The notes under the pieces: generated by a model | The model's database searches: none | What the model was told of the DNA's origin: nothing | The model's input: only the letters and a program-made list of their open reading frames with translations | Part shown: positions 49,800 to 64,000 of the stretch, piece by piece | How the letters are laid out: every line of letters begins with the position of its first letter | Numbering within the stretch: the first letter of the stretch is position 1 | NCBI RefSeq assembly: GCF_006345805.1 | Contig: NC_043009.1 | Location: 15,500,001 to 15,564,000 of the forward strand | DNA length: 64,000 nucleotides | DNA from: Octopus sinensis | Taxonomy: Eukaryota | Direction: 5' to 3' | Position numbers and translations under genes: made by a program

Positions 49800-51960
49800 A
49801 ATTCAGTGTTAGGTGGAATATGGTCAATCCAAGTTTACAACGGTTCGCCTATCTAGTTTTATTAAAATACCTAAAAGTTGAATGGTTGAATACATGATTA
49901 CATGGCGTCGGTGAATTTATTCAGTAATGCGGAATTATAACTACAGAGAATATTTTTGATTCCTTACTCCAAAACCTACTTACTCGTGTTATTATACTAT
50001 AGGGAAGGCCCTCCTCCACGTTGGACCAGGACAAAGAATATCGTATACTGCTCAACTTGAGATAATATATGTATGTGGCTGCTGTTGTTGAGGATTATTA
50101 AAGGATTCCAAATGAGCCCTGCAGCGACGCTGGAAATCGACTGCACTTCCTATATAGACCTTAAACCTATTTGTGCCAGTTATCTCTGCACGGCACTTAT
50201 ACATCGCGTTATTGCGCAAACAAAATCCATCAAGCGGGCATGTATCCGGGTTGCGACAGTTACATGTTTTTGTTTGTGCCTCAGGATTGGTCGTACGTTA
50301 AACTGAGGTTACAGGACCCTCGACTTGCGTGGGGTGTCCTGTCATATTATTTATATTATGAATATCTTGGTTATGGGATTAAATCGCATGATTAGAGCAG
50401 GATGAGACTTTACATCTACGTTTTAATCTATTTATGGAGGATATGATTGATCCTAAATTTGGAGAAGTAAAATGCGATAGCTTCACAGGTAATTTGTTGA
50501 AGATAGAGTAATACTTGCGATAACTTGGGAAATTTTCTCTCAAAACGTTAAAAATGTTTTAGGTAGATCTCTGGCCTGAAGTGAGAATGTTGCGGGGCGA
50601 ACCATATATTTTCCCTTTTCCTTGGGTTAGAGGAATTAGTTTCATTGAAATGGTTGAAGTTATAGAATATATTGTTATGGTAATTCCTGGATGACGTTAT
50701 TTTTTCGGGCTTTACCCATAATCTGATTATTTATGTATTTTGCCGGTTCATTTAACGGGTGTGGGAACCAGATTTTTTAATTTATTTTTAGCTTTGTATT
50801 AGGAATATAAAATATATTATCCATGTAACCACTTAATCTTAAAGCATTATTATAATAGGGAGCATGAGTGTTGAATATCTCCTCATTAGCAAATAAATTT
50901 GAGATTCTGATCGATGCAGCTGTTATTAACCTATTGAGAGTTGACCTAGGATGATTAGAAAAGGAATTCAAATATTGAAACGTTTGATTAGGTTTCCTAT
51001 ATAGGTTATATACGTTAGTATTTAGGTTAAATGTGACTTCTAGGATACTGACCACCCTATCATTTATTTCGGAAACAATATTTAGGTTATGGCTTTTAAA
51101 GAATTCAATCAGGGATTTTTTAGTTCGTTCGATCTCAGGTAGGGATAAGTTTTTAGTTGCGAACAGAGCAACATCTCTATAGAGACCACTTGAGATATTA
51201 GGAAAATGCCGCTTTATTTGCGAGAAGCGAAACAGACCTACATGATCAGTTATTTGGGCCAAGGCAGATGATCCCATTCTAATATCGAAAAAGTCCGAAG
51301 ATGTACCTTTGGTTCAGTAAGTTAATGAGGGTTTTTTCTAGCTGCCAGAATTAGGTTCATGTCTGCTGTCGAGATGGTTGCATAGTTTCTGGCAAATATT
51401 AATGCGTCACGTAATAGGATTGGTGATATAGATTACTAGTAATCAGAAATATAGAATTGGATAAAACTAGTCCGATGTTTATCATTGAGAGAATGTGTCG
51501 TATCGTACGTTTGACGTATGATATAACGGGATGTCCTCGCAAATCGTTCTACTCAAGATACTTGTAATAACCCTCGACAATACACAACTCACGGCTTTTA
51601 CATTGCTCCCGAAAGCTCTCTGCGTATGTCCGTTTATATTGTAGCACAATCCTTTAGGAACCAACAAATAGAGTTCCACACAACTGAACGAAATTATGTG
51701 ATTACATCACCAGTAGAATTCCAAAGGCCCAGCACAACATTATGTTTCACTCGCAGCAATATTCTGTCTATAATAATTTTGCGTAAGTTAAACTTAGTGG
51801 AGCAGATTAACGAGATAGGGGGATTTAATGGTCTTAATTAACCGGATAGATAGTTTTAATTGAAAGTTAGGATTATGGTCCTTCTGGGTGAAGTGCGGGA
51901 ATCTTGGTGCATATGGTTCAGTTCTATTGAGTAGCTCTAAATCCGCCTAAAGTTTGTAAT
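49800..51960 (-). pseudogene. Older decayed PLE: RT, thumb, Cys-rich linker and GIY-YIG (same broad clade as the 30-kb element)
   Basis: Minus-strand pieces KDHNPNF..SIRLI, LWNSTGDVI, FIQF, FDIRMGS, GLYRDVAL, SNHP, YYNNALRLSGY, NIWF, NFPSYRKYYSIFN, TCNCRNPDTCPLDGFCL, MYKC...VYIGS..F.RR..AH..SF. About 190 bp of extra sequence lies inside the RT at ~51490-51690. Confidence 0.85.
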
Positions 51961-52923
51961 CTATCTTATTAATTTCCTTCATATCTTATTAATTTTCTAT
52001 ATATGCGTACTTATAATTGGTATTAAGCTCCTTTATTATTAATTTTCTCATCTTTAATTTGAATATATATATATATATATATGCTCTTATGTATCTATAT
52101 ATTCACGTATATACTCACTTGTACATTGTCAAATATAATATGAAGGACTCCTAATGGCCGATGAGAAACTATCTATCAGTTTAAATGGTGCTTTTTCCAG
52201 GTTATCAAGCTCTGAAATTTCTTCCTCACATACCGTTGTCACAAATACTTAATATCTGCATATATTTATATCTAGCGAACATGTTGGCCTGCCATTTTCG
52301 TATTTTTTGTGGCATTCTTTGAAAACCTTGTCAAACCACATGTCACCGCTGATATATTTTATAATGCACACTATATTTTTCCACCAGGTATTGAGAACAC
52401 AGCATTCAGAATATTTCTCAGGCATCATATGTCGAAATTCTGATTTTATTATTCAAAAATATTTCCACATTAGGTTATGCATCTGTCTCCGTTCCCTTAT
52501 TTCCTGCTTTTATTTTAATATTTTAACATTAAAACGTAACTAATAGTATTAATATTTGATTGCATTTTTCTACATATTAATATATACAAAGTGTACATTA
52601 GCAAACCACCTTCATAGCTGAGGAAAAGATTCAAATATGCACTAATACGATAAACGTATTGATAGATGACGTCAAGTTTCAGTAAGCTTGTGAAAGCGTT
52701 GTCTCACAAACATTGACAAACGAAATTAAATACCTTACAGCGTCTAACCTGTCATTCAACCTATCATGCACGTTAACAGTTTAAGTGCACGTTTATGTAG
52801 GTGTGCACGCAAGCAAAAATACATCTATGTATATATGCATGTATATGTGTAATGTGTGCATGTGTGTATGTGTCTCTGTCTCTGTCTCCCTCTCTAATAT
52901 ACATGTACATATATATATATATG

Positions 52924-53212
52924 GGAGATGTACTTGCATAGCGAGTGACTTGATCTGAGATCGTGTGCTGTAACGAAAACAATTGCAGCGTGGAAGATGT
53001 TTATAAGCCATTTAAGAAATACACAAAACCGTTACATTCACTTCGACATTTAAATTTAATTTGTCAAAATATTTTCGTCGCTTTAAGACCGCAACCTGTT
53101 CACTGACAAACCGACGAAAATATTATGACAAATTAAATTTAAATATTGAAGTGAATCTAACGGTTATGTGTGTTTCTTAAATGGCTTATAAACACCTTCC
53201 ACGCTGCAATTG

Positions 53213-53214
<2 letters not shown>
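52924..53214 (-). mobile_element. Second copy of the small fold-back element (asymmetric centre), with a G3:C8 hammerhead-like fold at 53060-53110 on the minus strand
   Basis: Long arm 52924-53110 includes the tail. Short inverted arm 53112-53214 ends at the same base as the short arm at 39892. Both ends lie in (TA)n. Confidence 0.85.
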
Positions 53215-53290
<76 letters not shown>

Positions 53291-53379
53291 GGAAGGTATA
53301 CGAAAATAAACAAAAGACGAAGGCAGGTGGAGTACAAACAAACAAATGTATTAGTATAGCGCTCAGGAATAGAAAAAAG

Positions 53380-53417
53380 TCTTTTACGTTTCGAGCCTAC
53401 GCTCTTCGACAGAAAGA
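53380..53417 (-). ncRNA. Minimal hammerhead variant with A6U core in a PLE-terminus-like repeat (53287-53478)
   Basis: TCTTT / CTGTCGA / A / GAGC-GTAG-GCTC / GAAACGT-A / AAAGA. Confidence 0.65.
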
Positions 53418-54621
53418 TACACAGAAAAAAAAGAAGGAGAGAAAAAGATGCGTGTAGGAGCTAACGATCTATCATGACATATATAGTTATGAAATGCTCA
53501 AATCCTGTGAAATTCCGCGTAATTTTAATGCGAATATATGAAACACATGCTTGTTCGACTGTGTCTATAGCCGAAATAAAATGGCTGTAATGTGGCAAAG
53601 AAACGATTGATCGGAAGGTTACATGTAAGTCTACAGCGATCAATTAAGAAAAGCACACAGGCATAGATAGGACGTTAAGCATTTGTATGTCGAGAAGCAA
53701 AAACATAAGAGAAGTAATATAACTAAAATTAATTGTTAAAAAACGTAAGAAAAATCATTTCCTGTTTCATGAGGCGTTTCTACATTTTTGTAATTTCCTG
53801 TTTAGTTCCATCAATTTAAATTGTGCCATTTACTAGCATCAGATATATTTATACTACGAATTGGACACGCAGAAAACACAGACAGAAACACACACGCACG
53901 CACACACATGCACACACACTCACTCACGCACGCACACACAAATACGCAATTATACCCGCATTTGGCACATATATACAAATGTACAGACACACGTGCAAAG
54001 AATCAAATTCACGTGCATATTTGTGTGTATGTTTGTATATATATATATATACATATACATATTGATATACATATATATATGTATTTATATGTATATATTT
54101 GTATATCTATATACATATATGCATATACAGAGACGTAGTGTGTGCGTGTGGGTGCGGGCAAAGATTCAAATTACCTCGTATTTACACTGGCATCCTTGTG
54201 CACCCGTAGGATATGCACCATATACCTATCAAAGTACACATACATAATTTACACATATATAACTGTATGTACATGTAAATACGTATACGTCTATACAGAT
54301 ATTCGTATATATGCATACTTGCAGACATATACATATGCATATATATATGTGTGTGTGTACATAAATGTGTGTATATATGTATGCATGTATGTATATATAA
54401 ACATATACATACACACAGCCTTTCCTCACTTAAAGAAAATCTTCTTGCACAGGCATTTCAGGATAACAACATTGATTAAGCTTCGTGCAATGGCCATACT
54501 CGATAACGAGGGGGCAGCCACCATATATGCATATACATATGCATATACATATACATATACATATACATACATATACATATATATATATATATATAATATA
54601 TATATATATATTATATATATA

Positions 54622-54662
<41 letters not shown>

Positions 54663-56256
54663 TATATATATATATATAATATATATACATATATATATAC
54701 GTATACACACAGTAGCGTATATAATACCACATGCTAAGAATAAATGCTAAAATGTACGTATATTTATTTACAAATTTGTAGATATTCAGATTTCAATATA
54801 TGTAATCGCTTAGTTTTTGGTATTACATATATTTGTATTTTTTGCGTGCTCGTATTCTACGTCGCAAAAGTGTTACAATATACTGAATATAGTCGCATTA
54901 TTTGAATAAAGAATTTGAATAAAGAATTGATGAGCATTTCGTGTGCACTGCAACACGCGTTGGAAAATATATTACATACAGTCACCTTCATATTTTTTTT
55001 AGTGTAAACAGATGGACTTAGCGAATCACACGCTACAGTCCTCTGATTGAAAACGGTCGAATTAAAATTTACTCATTCTATTACTAACTTGATGAATGTA
55101 CGAATAGATTACTTATTTTCCTCTTATTTGAAAATAACGTACGTCGAGCCAAAGGTTTAAGTGTTTTCTAAGAATTTCGCCTTATATTTGACTAATTTGA
55201 CTGATCTAACCAATCCGAAGGATCCAGGGGACTATACTTTTTATGCATGGAGTAATCTGACGCTCAACTATTAATATTTCACAGTACCATTCAAGTTTTT
55301 TTCATCACAGTTTTGTGATTATACAAGCGAGGGGCTGATTAGCACCTTCAGGATTAGGTTTTTGTGTTCACAGTCATACGATGAACCCTCTTATAGTGTA
55401 CTTGAACAAGGCATTTTATTTCACCTGATCCAGCCTATTCAGCTGCAACGACTACCAGTTGAGTGCTAGTACACCCCTCTCTCTCACTATCTGTCGGATA
55501 TACGTTGTTCTGCTAAAGCTAAGGGAGTCGAGAGGTTTTCTGTATCTCCTTATTGCTTCATAGATGCCTTAAACAATTGATGAATGCATGGTACATACTA
55601 GCAAATCGTACTTTATTTTGCGAGAGTTACAGTTTTGATTTACCTACCAAAATGAACGAGATACGTTATACAATTACATTATAGAATACAGACTAATCTT
55701 CTGTTATGGATCAAACTGCTTTGGTCTTTCAATATTCACAGTCTCTCTCGTACCAAGTGCATTATCACTACAATGCGTTCGATGTTCACTTCTAATCGTA
55801 TAATAAAGAGCATTTACCACATTGATTTGCATACGTATGGAACTTATTCTTTAAAACATGTAATAAATATCTCCCAATAATCAAAATTATGTTTTTCATC
55901 AACTCTAACTAGTATAATCTTTTTAGTACTTCACCAGTTCACGATCAGCGCTGTATCTTCCTGAAAAGTTTGGTGTTATATATATATTACTCAAACTTCT
56001 AGTACAGTGCACGTTTACAGTAACACTGCATTTTCTAACATTTTTTTACATTGTTTCACCGTTCCTAGCTACACCGTGCCTGTGACAGGCTACGAAGTTC
56101 TATCCAATCATATGAGTTTTTTCGTATTATAATAATTCAAGCAACTACAAAATATATTTCAGAAATCAAATCCATGGCATTCACAAACATTTCGAAACGC
56201 AAAGGATAACTCTTGCGAACAGGGATTAAATTAAATTATTACATATATGTATATAC

Positions 56257-56814
<558 letters not shown>

Positions 56815-56878
56815 TATATATATATATATATATAAAATTATTTCATTGTTTAACCCTCGCCAAGATAAATACTTAAAC

Positions 56879-56942
56879 CACCTGATGAATGACTGCGACT
56901 CAAAAATTTGAAGAAGTTAGCAGGCAGGAAACGATCGTAGTG
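56879..56942 (+). ncRNA. Type I hammerhead motif in a PLE-terminus-like fragment (56834-57150)
   Basis: CAC / CTGATGA / A-TGACTGC...GCAGGCA-G / GAAAC-GATC-GTA / GTG. Short stem I and one stem II mismatch. Confidence 0.6.
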
Positions 56943-57151
56943 TGATATTAATTATATTTTTTTAATAATTTTGTTATATTTAAATAATATAAATTAAATA
57001 TTATGTATTGGCTCAAGTTTTTCATTGTTTGATTTGCCTAATAGTGGTTTTGTCTCTAATTTAATATAATATAATATTTTACTATAAAATTGGATTCAAT
57101 CCTAAATCTGATTTTTCCCTGTAAGTTTGGATTTATTCCCTAATATTTATT

Positions 57152-57183
<32 letters not shown>

Positions 57184-57231
57184 TATATAATAGAAATATT
57201 AAAATTACTAAGTCTCTTTAAAAGAGATAAC

Positions 57232-57277
<46 letters not shown>

Positions 57278-57352
57278 TATAATAATAATAATAATATATA
57301 TTTATATATCATAATATAATAATAATAATAATATATATATCATAATAATAAT

Positions 57353-57399
<47 letters not shown>

Positions 57400-57935
57400 A
57401 AACATCTATATCTATTTGTATATATGTATATATATATATACATGCGTGTGTGTATATATATATATATTAGAATATATTGCGTTTATTGTATATCAATCTT
57501 TTTCATGTATTTGTCTTACAAATAATTTCGTTCATTGATATTATCTGTCAATGGGAAATTCCCATTGCTCATTGTATATTTCGGTCATTTCTATTGATTT
57601 CCTTCATAACTTACTAACATATTAAGAACGTACCCTCTTAAGTTGCTTCGAGTATGCAAAACCTGCTAATCCAATAAATATTAAGACTATGATATGGAAG
57701 CACACGCAGGCGTGCATGCAGATATATGTATTTTATGTATGTATGTATGTATTTGTATGTATGTATGTATGTATGTATTTGTATATACATATATATATAC
57801 ATGTATGTATTTGTATGTATGTATGTATGTGTATATACATATATATCTAAATATGTATATATCTACATAAGTATATATCTACATATGTATATATCTACAT
57901 AAGTATATATCTACATATGTATATATCTACATATG

Positions 57936-57967
<32 letters not shown>

Positions 57968-57975
57968 TGTGTGTG

Positions 57976-58013
<38 letters not shown>

Positions 58014-58700
58014 CACATGTGTACGTGTATATATATATATTATATGTGAGTGTGTGTGTATTTGTGTATATGTTCGTGCGTCATAACTTTCGTGGTTATA
58101 TTTTTATGCATTTTATTGATACACGTATATCCCTACGTGTTCAAGTTTGTATTTTGCATGGAACTTATTTCAGGAAGGTAACGTTTTGTTTCATTCGCAA
58201 TATATATTTTTATTAGATAATATTTTACATTGTCAGTAATCGAATGAAAAATTTATGGTGAATAATAGCATACAATAATGTGAAACGTTAATATAACTCA
58301 CTACGTGTCTAAATATGCAACTGAGTACATTTGAAGAATAACCTGATATATATATAGTTTCTGAAGACGTAGTTTTTATCAATTAATATAAGTTTATAGA
58401 TATATAGTCCCGAAACCTTATTGAAGCAAGATCTGAATGTAAACAATCGCTAAATTGCATTTACGCTCCGAATTCTTTGTATATGTTTGTAAATACAATC
58501 TTAAAACGCAACGATGAAGTGCTAATGGTGCACGGGTATATTTGCCACCAAAACGTCAGATAGAATTGCATTTTAGTAAATTTTCGCTTTTTACAGTAAT
58601 CAAATTTTGCAAGTAAAAGAATTCACATTGGAATTGATTAGTCTATTAGCACTGCAATCTATACACAATGTTCATTCCACCCTGACCATTTTCATTCTCA

Positions 58701-58753
<53 letters not shown>

Positions 58754-58858
58754 TCTCTCTGTTTATCGGTATATGTGAAGTTGGGTGAGTTTGAAGCGAA
58801 GTGGTAATACCGGAGATGTAGGCACACAATGTTTCGTTGGAGAAATGATGTTGGAAAA

Positions 58859-58905
<47 letters not shown>

Positions 58906-58946
58906 CATACGCACGCATACACACACACGCATGCAAACACGCACAC

Positions 58947-59285
58947 GGAGTGGCTGTGTGGTAAGTAGCTTGCTTACCAACCACATGGTTCAGTCCCACT
59001 GCGTGGCACCTTGAGCCAGTGTTTTCTATAGCCTCGGGCCAACTAAAGCCTTGAGAGTGGATTTGGTAGAGGGAAACTGAAAGAAGCCTGTCCTATATAG
59101 ATATATATTTGTATGTGTCTGTGTTTGTTCCCCACCATCGCTTGACAACCGATGTTGGTGTGTTTACGTTCCCGTAACATAGTGGTTCGACAAAAAGAAA
59201 ACGATAGCACAAGTACTAAGCTTACAAATAATAATTTGTTCGACTAAAGGCGGTGCTCCAGCATGGACGCAGTCAAATGACTGAA
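58947..59285 (+). mobile_element. Family A SINE
   Basis: GGAGTGGCTGTGTGGTAAGTAGC...GGCGGTGCTCCAGCATGG..CAGTCAAATGACTGAA. Confidence 0.9.
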
Positions 59286-61406
59286 TTTATATAACTTGAA
59301 GATTCATACTGACTAAGTGGCCATTTTTCAGCTCAAATGCAAACCTTATATAACGAACTGTGGAGTCGACATTCAAATAAACTGTCACACAATACTTTTT
59401 TTTCAAAGAATTAAGTTTTTGTAAATGAAAATGCTTCATCATTACTTCCAAGTTAGTGCTGAATAGCATTCACCATATTGTCGATTACTTTATTTTTACA
59501 AGCCTTTTACTTCTTTTAGATTTAGTAGCAATGCAGGTATTGTGCAATAGTATTTTATTTTATATGTAATGAAATATATCTACAGATATTTAATTGTAAT
59601 TTGCAGTGGGGAACTGTATAACATGAAAGGAGCGAGCGGAAGATGGAAATAAAACAGGCAAATTTTTAAGCGTTAGTGTCCTTATGAATGATATCATTTT
59701 TTAATCTCTACAGTAAAAGTTTTATTGAAATTACGAGGAAAGCTACCGCTAATTTGTTTGAAAACAACAAACTATCAGCTATAGCTACAGCGCACTCAAT
59801 ACTGTCCTTTAAATAGAAACTGCCCACGGAGTTGAAGAGCGCACCGGTACTACCATCTCTAGAACGCTTTATGCAGTTTCACTTTCGAAACATATAAATC
59901 ATTAAATTTGAAAACATTCTTACATAAAGTAATTAGAAAGCCTTTATTTTTGTTCAACTACTTCAAGCGATTTCAATATTTTACCGCTTTAACTCTAAAC
60001 CACGGACCTACAACTTAGTAGTAACATTCTGTTAACGAAGATACTTTAAATCTTCAAGACACTTTGAACTTATTTCTCCTTTGTTCCTCCAACAAAATCT
60101 ATGCCCAGATAGCTAATCTTCCTATGAACGCCTAAGCCTTAAATATCCCCTAAAATTAGTACTAATATTTATTCCAATTATCTACAAATGTATATCGTTA
60201 AGAAGAGACAGCTATATATTTTCTATCCTGACACTACCATATATTGCACTTTTTAAGTGAATATACATTTCTCTGTGAGTGCCAAATACGCATCATATGT
60301 TTTCTATCTCATCATCTGAGTGCTCATATAACTATATACATCTACGTGTATGAGTAACACAAGTACATGCTTAGGCGCATAAAATTTATTCGTATGTACC
60401 AATATGTACACGTGCATGTATATAAATACACATATGCATTTACTTGTGTGTATGTGCATAGCTATATGCTTGTAATTATGTATACGTATATATTTTATAG
60501 ATTCTTTTCCGTAAATCACCTAATTTATATACGATTATATGCTGCATTACTTAATTACACATACCTCCAGTTTTGTGGTTTACATAAACGTACTTGCTCT
60601 TGCAGTGATGCACGCATAAGCCTAAAGTAATACTACATATACATCAGCATCTCAGATGGTCATTCATATGTATTTATATTTGTGTGTTCGTACTTAGTTA
60701 AACTAGGCAAATGCAAAAATTTGCAGAATTGTATCCATGTGTAATTTAAAATGTGATAATATATTAATCTTTCCTGTAAAGAAAACAAAATCTTACTGGC
60801 AAGTGTGAGCGAATCTCTAAGAAACTATAATAAGATGCAATGAGGTTAGGAATCAAATTTGCATTGAATTTTCACAACGCTAAACATCTCGCCTTAGGGC
60901 AACGCTAGACATCTTGCAAATCAGTGGATAGTGTTATAGACATAGGAACACCGTATGTAAATATTTTACGTGACTATAAGCGTATGTAAAAACATATGGA
61001 CGCGTATGTGTCTCTCATGTGATATTACTTCGTTGAAATGAGATTAACTAACTTTATTTTTGCAAGCTGAAGAGGAACAACACGGTGGTGTTTAGCTTCA
61101 AAACAGGAAAAGCTTCAGAGATATAACTACAATAGTGTTAGACAATTTTGACTTTAGTAAAATAGATTGCTGAGGGGAGCTTATAATTAAAGCAAGTTGA
61201 TGAGAGCAACCGATGTGATATAAGATCTGATTAGTGTAATTACTTAACAAAATTTTAAGCTTCACACGTATATAAAAACAGACGGTTGTATTGTGCTAGA
61301 TTTGAAGAAAATTAGTGCCACTGCTATAACGCATGGTGCATACATATAAAATACAGGTATGCACAAACACGCACACGTACATGCATATTTATGTATATAT
61401 ATATAT

Positions 61407-61751
<345 letters not shown>

Positions 61752-62254
61752 CATCGTAATGGGTAATAGTTGGCACGGGGAACGTAGAAGATTTCTATAA
61801 AATGTCATAAGTAGGCTTAACTTCAACACAGAAAACACGAACAACACCGGGTCCAACGGTTGGCTGATTATACTCGAGATTGCTCTAATCTGACCAGCCC
61901 CAAGGCAAAATAAACTAAGAACATTACATTCCTTGGAAGACAGCAGCGAATGTATACGAAACAGGGACAAAACGAAACAAAAATGTTACACAAATATAAA
62001 TAACAGCACATAACATCAGGTGTCTTTCGACTAAGGACCGATTAAATTAAGCTGGCGTGTGTGGAAGTAAAGCCTTACGGCAGAGATCCAAGTTTCCACA
62101 GGCACAGGAAGGAATAAAGGTGTTACACTGACAGTAGTCCAACCAAGAAAGGGCAGATCAGGGCTGGCCGAACACTGGTCACGTGGGGAGAGAAGAGAGA
62201 GGTAGAGGCAGAAGGATAGAAGAATTAAGGAGGGGCGAAAGAACGTGCGCCGCT

Positions 62255-63230
62255 ACTACAGTCCCTAGAATGGACAGAATTAATTAATAGAGAACTCATT
62301 AAACAAACTGAAACGGAAAGCTACAAATACCTTCGCATACGAGAGTCTAACGAGAAAATGTAAAACGAAATGACTGAGCAAACTAAGATTAATGTTGCGC
62401 TCAAAATTGAACTGATAGAATACAATCGAAGTAGCTAATACATTGGCGATAGCAACGCTTCCGTATGGAGCTGGAATTATAAAATGACAGAAGAAAGAAC
62501 TGATGAATATGGATAAGAAGACAAGAAAGAACGTGACAGTGCACGGAGACTACCACGCTATGAGTGACACCGATAGGTTGTACTTGCCCAGAAGAAAGAG
62601 TGGAAGTGGTTTGATCAGTTGCGAGAACTGTATCGAAGCAGAGGAAATCAGCTTAGTTTGGTATGTATATAATGCCTTGAAAAAATAAAGAGGAAAAGAA
62701 CACACACACACGCAAAAAGAAACAACATGCAAGGAAAAAAATGTATGTTCAGTTTGCAAAGGATACGAACTCCAAGACCGATACAGATGACAGGTAGCTA
62801 TGGATGAGGAGGAGTGAACTTGAGGATAGAGACAGACGAAGCTCAAGAACAAATAATAAGGACTAACGATATGAAGTGCAGAATCGACAACACTACCGAC
62901 AGCGACACATGTAGAATGTGAACAACTACAACGATTTCAAGCGGAAATTACGAAGGTTGTGGTCAATGAGGAGAGTAGACGTGGTACCAATAGTAATTGG
63001 CGCACTTGAAAGTATCAGCAATCAACTAAGAACATAGCTCAAAAAGATCGGTGCAAAGGTAAAGGTAGAACATCTCAAAAAGTGAGCGTTGCTTGGAGCT
63101 GCAATAATGTTTTCGCTGGGTTATTGAAGCATGACCAGTATACAAGAGTCATCTTAGTCTACCGGCTGTGGGCTCCTGACACTATCCATCATACCCAGCA
63201 AAAGAAGCTCAGAGTTTACATTAAATAATA
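62255..63230 (+). pseudogene. R4/Dong-like LINE 3' fragment ending in (TAA)n
   Basis: DKKTRKNVTVHG..H..SDTDRLYLPRRK.G.GLISCENCIEAEE and VPIVIGAL, LQK..LLG-like end. Internally deleted. Confidence 0.8.
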
Positions 63231-63236
63231 ATAGTG

Positions 63237-63296
<60 letters not shown>

Positions 63297-63325
63297 TTAA
63301 TAATAATAATAATATAATAATAATA

Positions 63326-63364
<39 letters not shown>

Positions 63365-63420
63365 TTAATAATAATAATAATAATAAATAATAATATAATA
63401 ATAATAATAATAATAATAAT

Positions 63421-63598
63421 CCCTTCTACTAGGGCTAGGCGATTACATCAATCTCCAGGGCGTAGCTGGTACCTATTTCATTGACCCGAAATGATGAAAG
63501 GCAATGTTGACCACGGCGAAATTTAAACACGGAATGTAAGGACGGACGAGATGCCGCTAAGCATTTTGTCCGGCATGCTAACGATTCTGCCAACTTGC
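63421..63598 (-). mobile_element. Degenerate family B SINE
   Basis: GGCGATTACATC...CTGGTACC..TTTCATTGACCC..ATGATGAAAGGCAA...GCTAACGATTCTGCCA. Confidence 0.7.
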
Positions 63599-64000
63599 AT
63601 AAAAGCGGGATCGGGCAGGAAAGAAAATAGAATTATAAGGTTATATACAAGATTGTTACCAGTTCAATATTAACTCGCAGTACGTCCTCTCCAGATTCTG
63701 TGAATAAAGAGATAACCACTCCGAAGTGCTTGCCTCAAACAATTTGATTCTGAGACGCGCTAAGCTGATTTTCTTTGCTTTTACACTGTGTATCTGCAGC
63801 AAAGAAATTTCGGCATGACAAAACACGGAAAGTGAGTGTAAAAGGTTCTATGTTATGAAATACCGGCATCTTCCCCGACATGATTATTCTATGTGTCTTC
63901 CTTCTTTTTATGTAATAAAATGTGAATATGTATTTATAGCAGTTCATGCAACTACGTAAAAACTGCGTCGATGGCTTGATGTTGCCACTGATATTTAAGA

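Overview
AT-rich, microsatellite-saturated eukaryotic DNA, most likely an octopus or other coleoid cephalopod (inferred from the tRNA-derived SINE families I recognise). It looks intronic or intergenic: I could not identify any host protein-coding gene, RNA gene or CRISPR array. Nearly all long ORFs in the supplied track are microsatellite artefacts. The real content is transposable elements. These include three or more tRNA-SINE families, RTE and R4/Dong-like LINE relics, a full-length decayed mariner plus a second fragment, Helentron-like non-autonomous elements and a Helitron helicase relic. The most notable group is Penelope-like retroelements (PLEs) sitting in (TA)n tracts. The youngest PLE (29651-32641) has an open thumb/linker/GIY-YIG frame, a ~970-bp inverted terminal copy and a type I hammerhead ribozyme in each arm. 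The most interesting signal is a set of different minimal hammerhead folds on PLE-type termini. It includes two non-canonical catalytic cores: a G3:C8-swapped core (GUGAACA) in a small fold-back element that forms a near-perfect 281-bp palindrome at 39892-40172 and recurs at ~53 kb, and an A6U core (CUGUCGA) at 53380-53417. All alignments and folds were done by eye. Element boundaries are approximate unless a TSD, TIR or junction is quoted.
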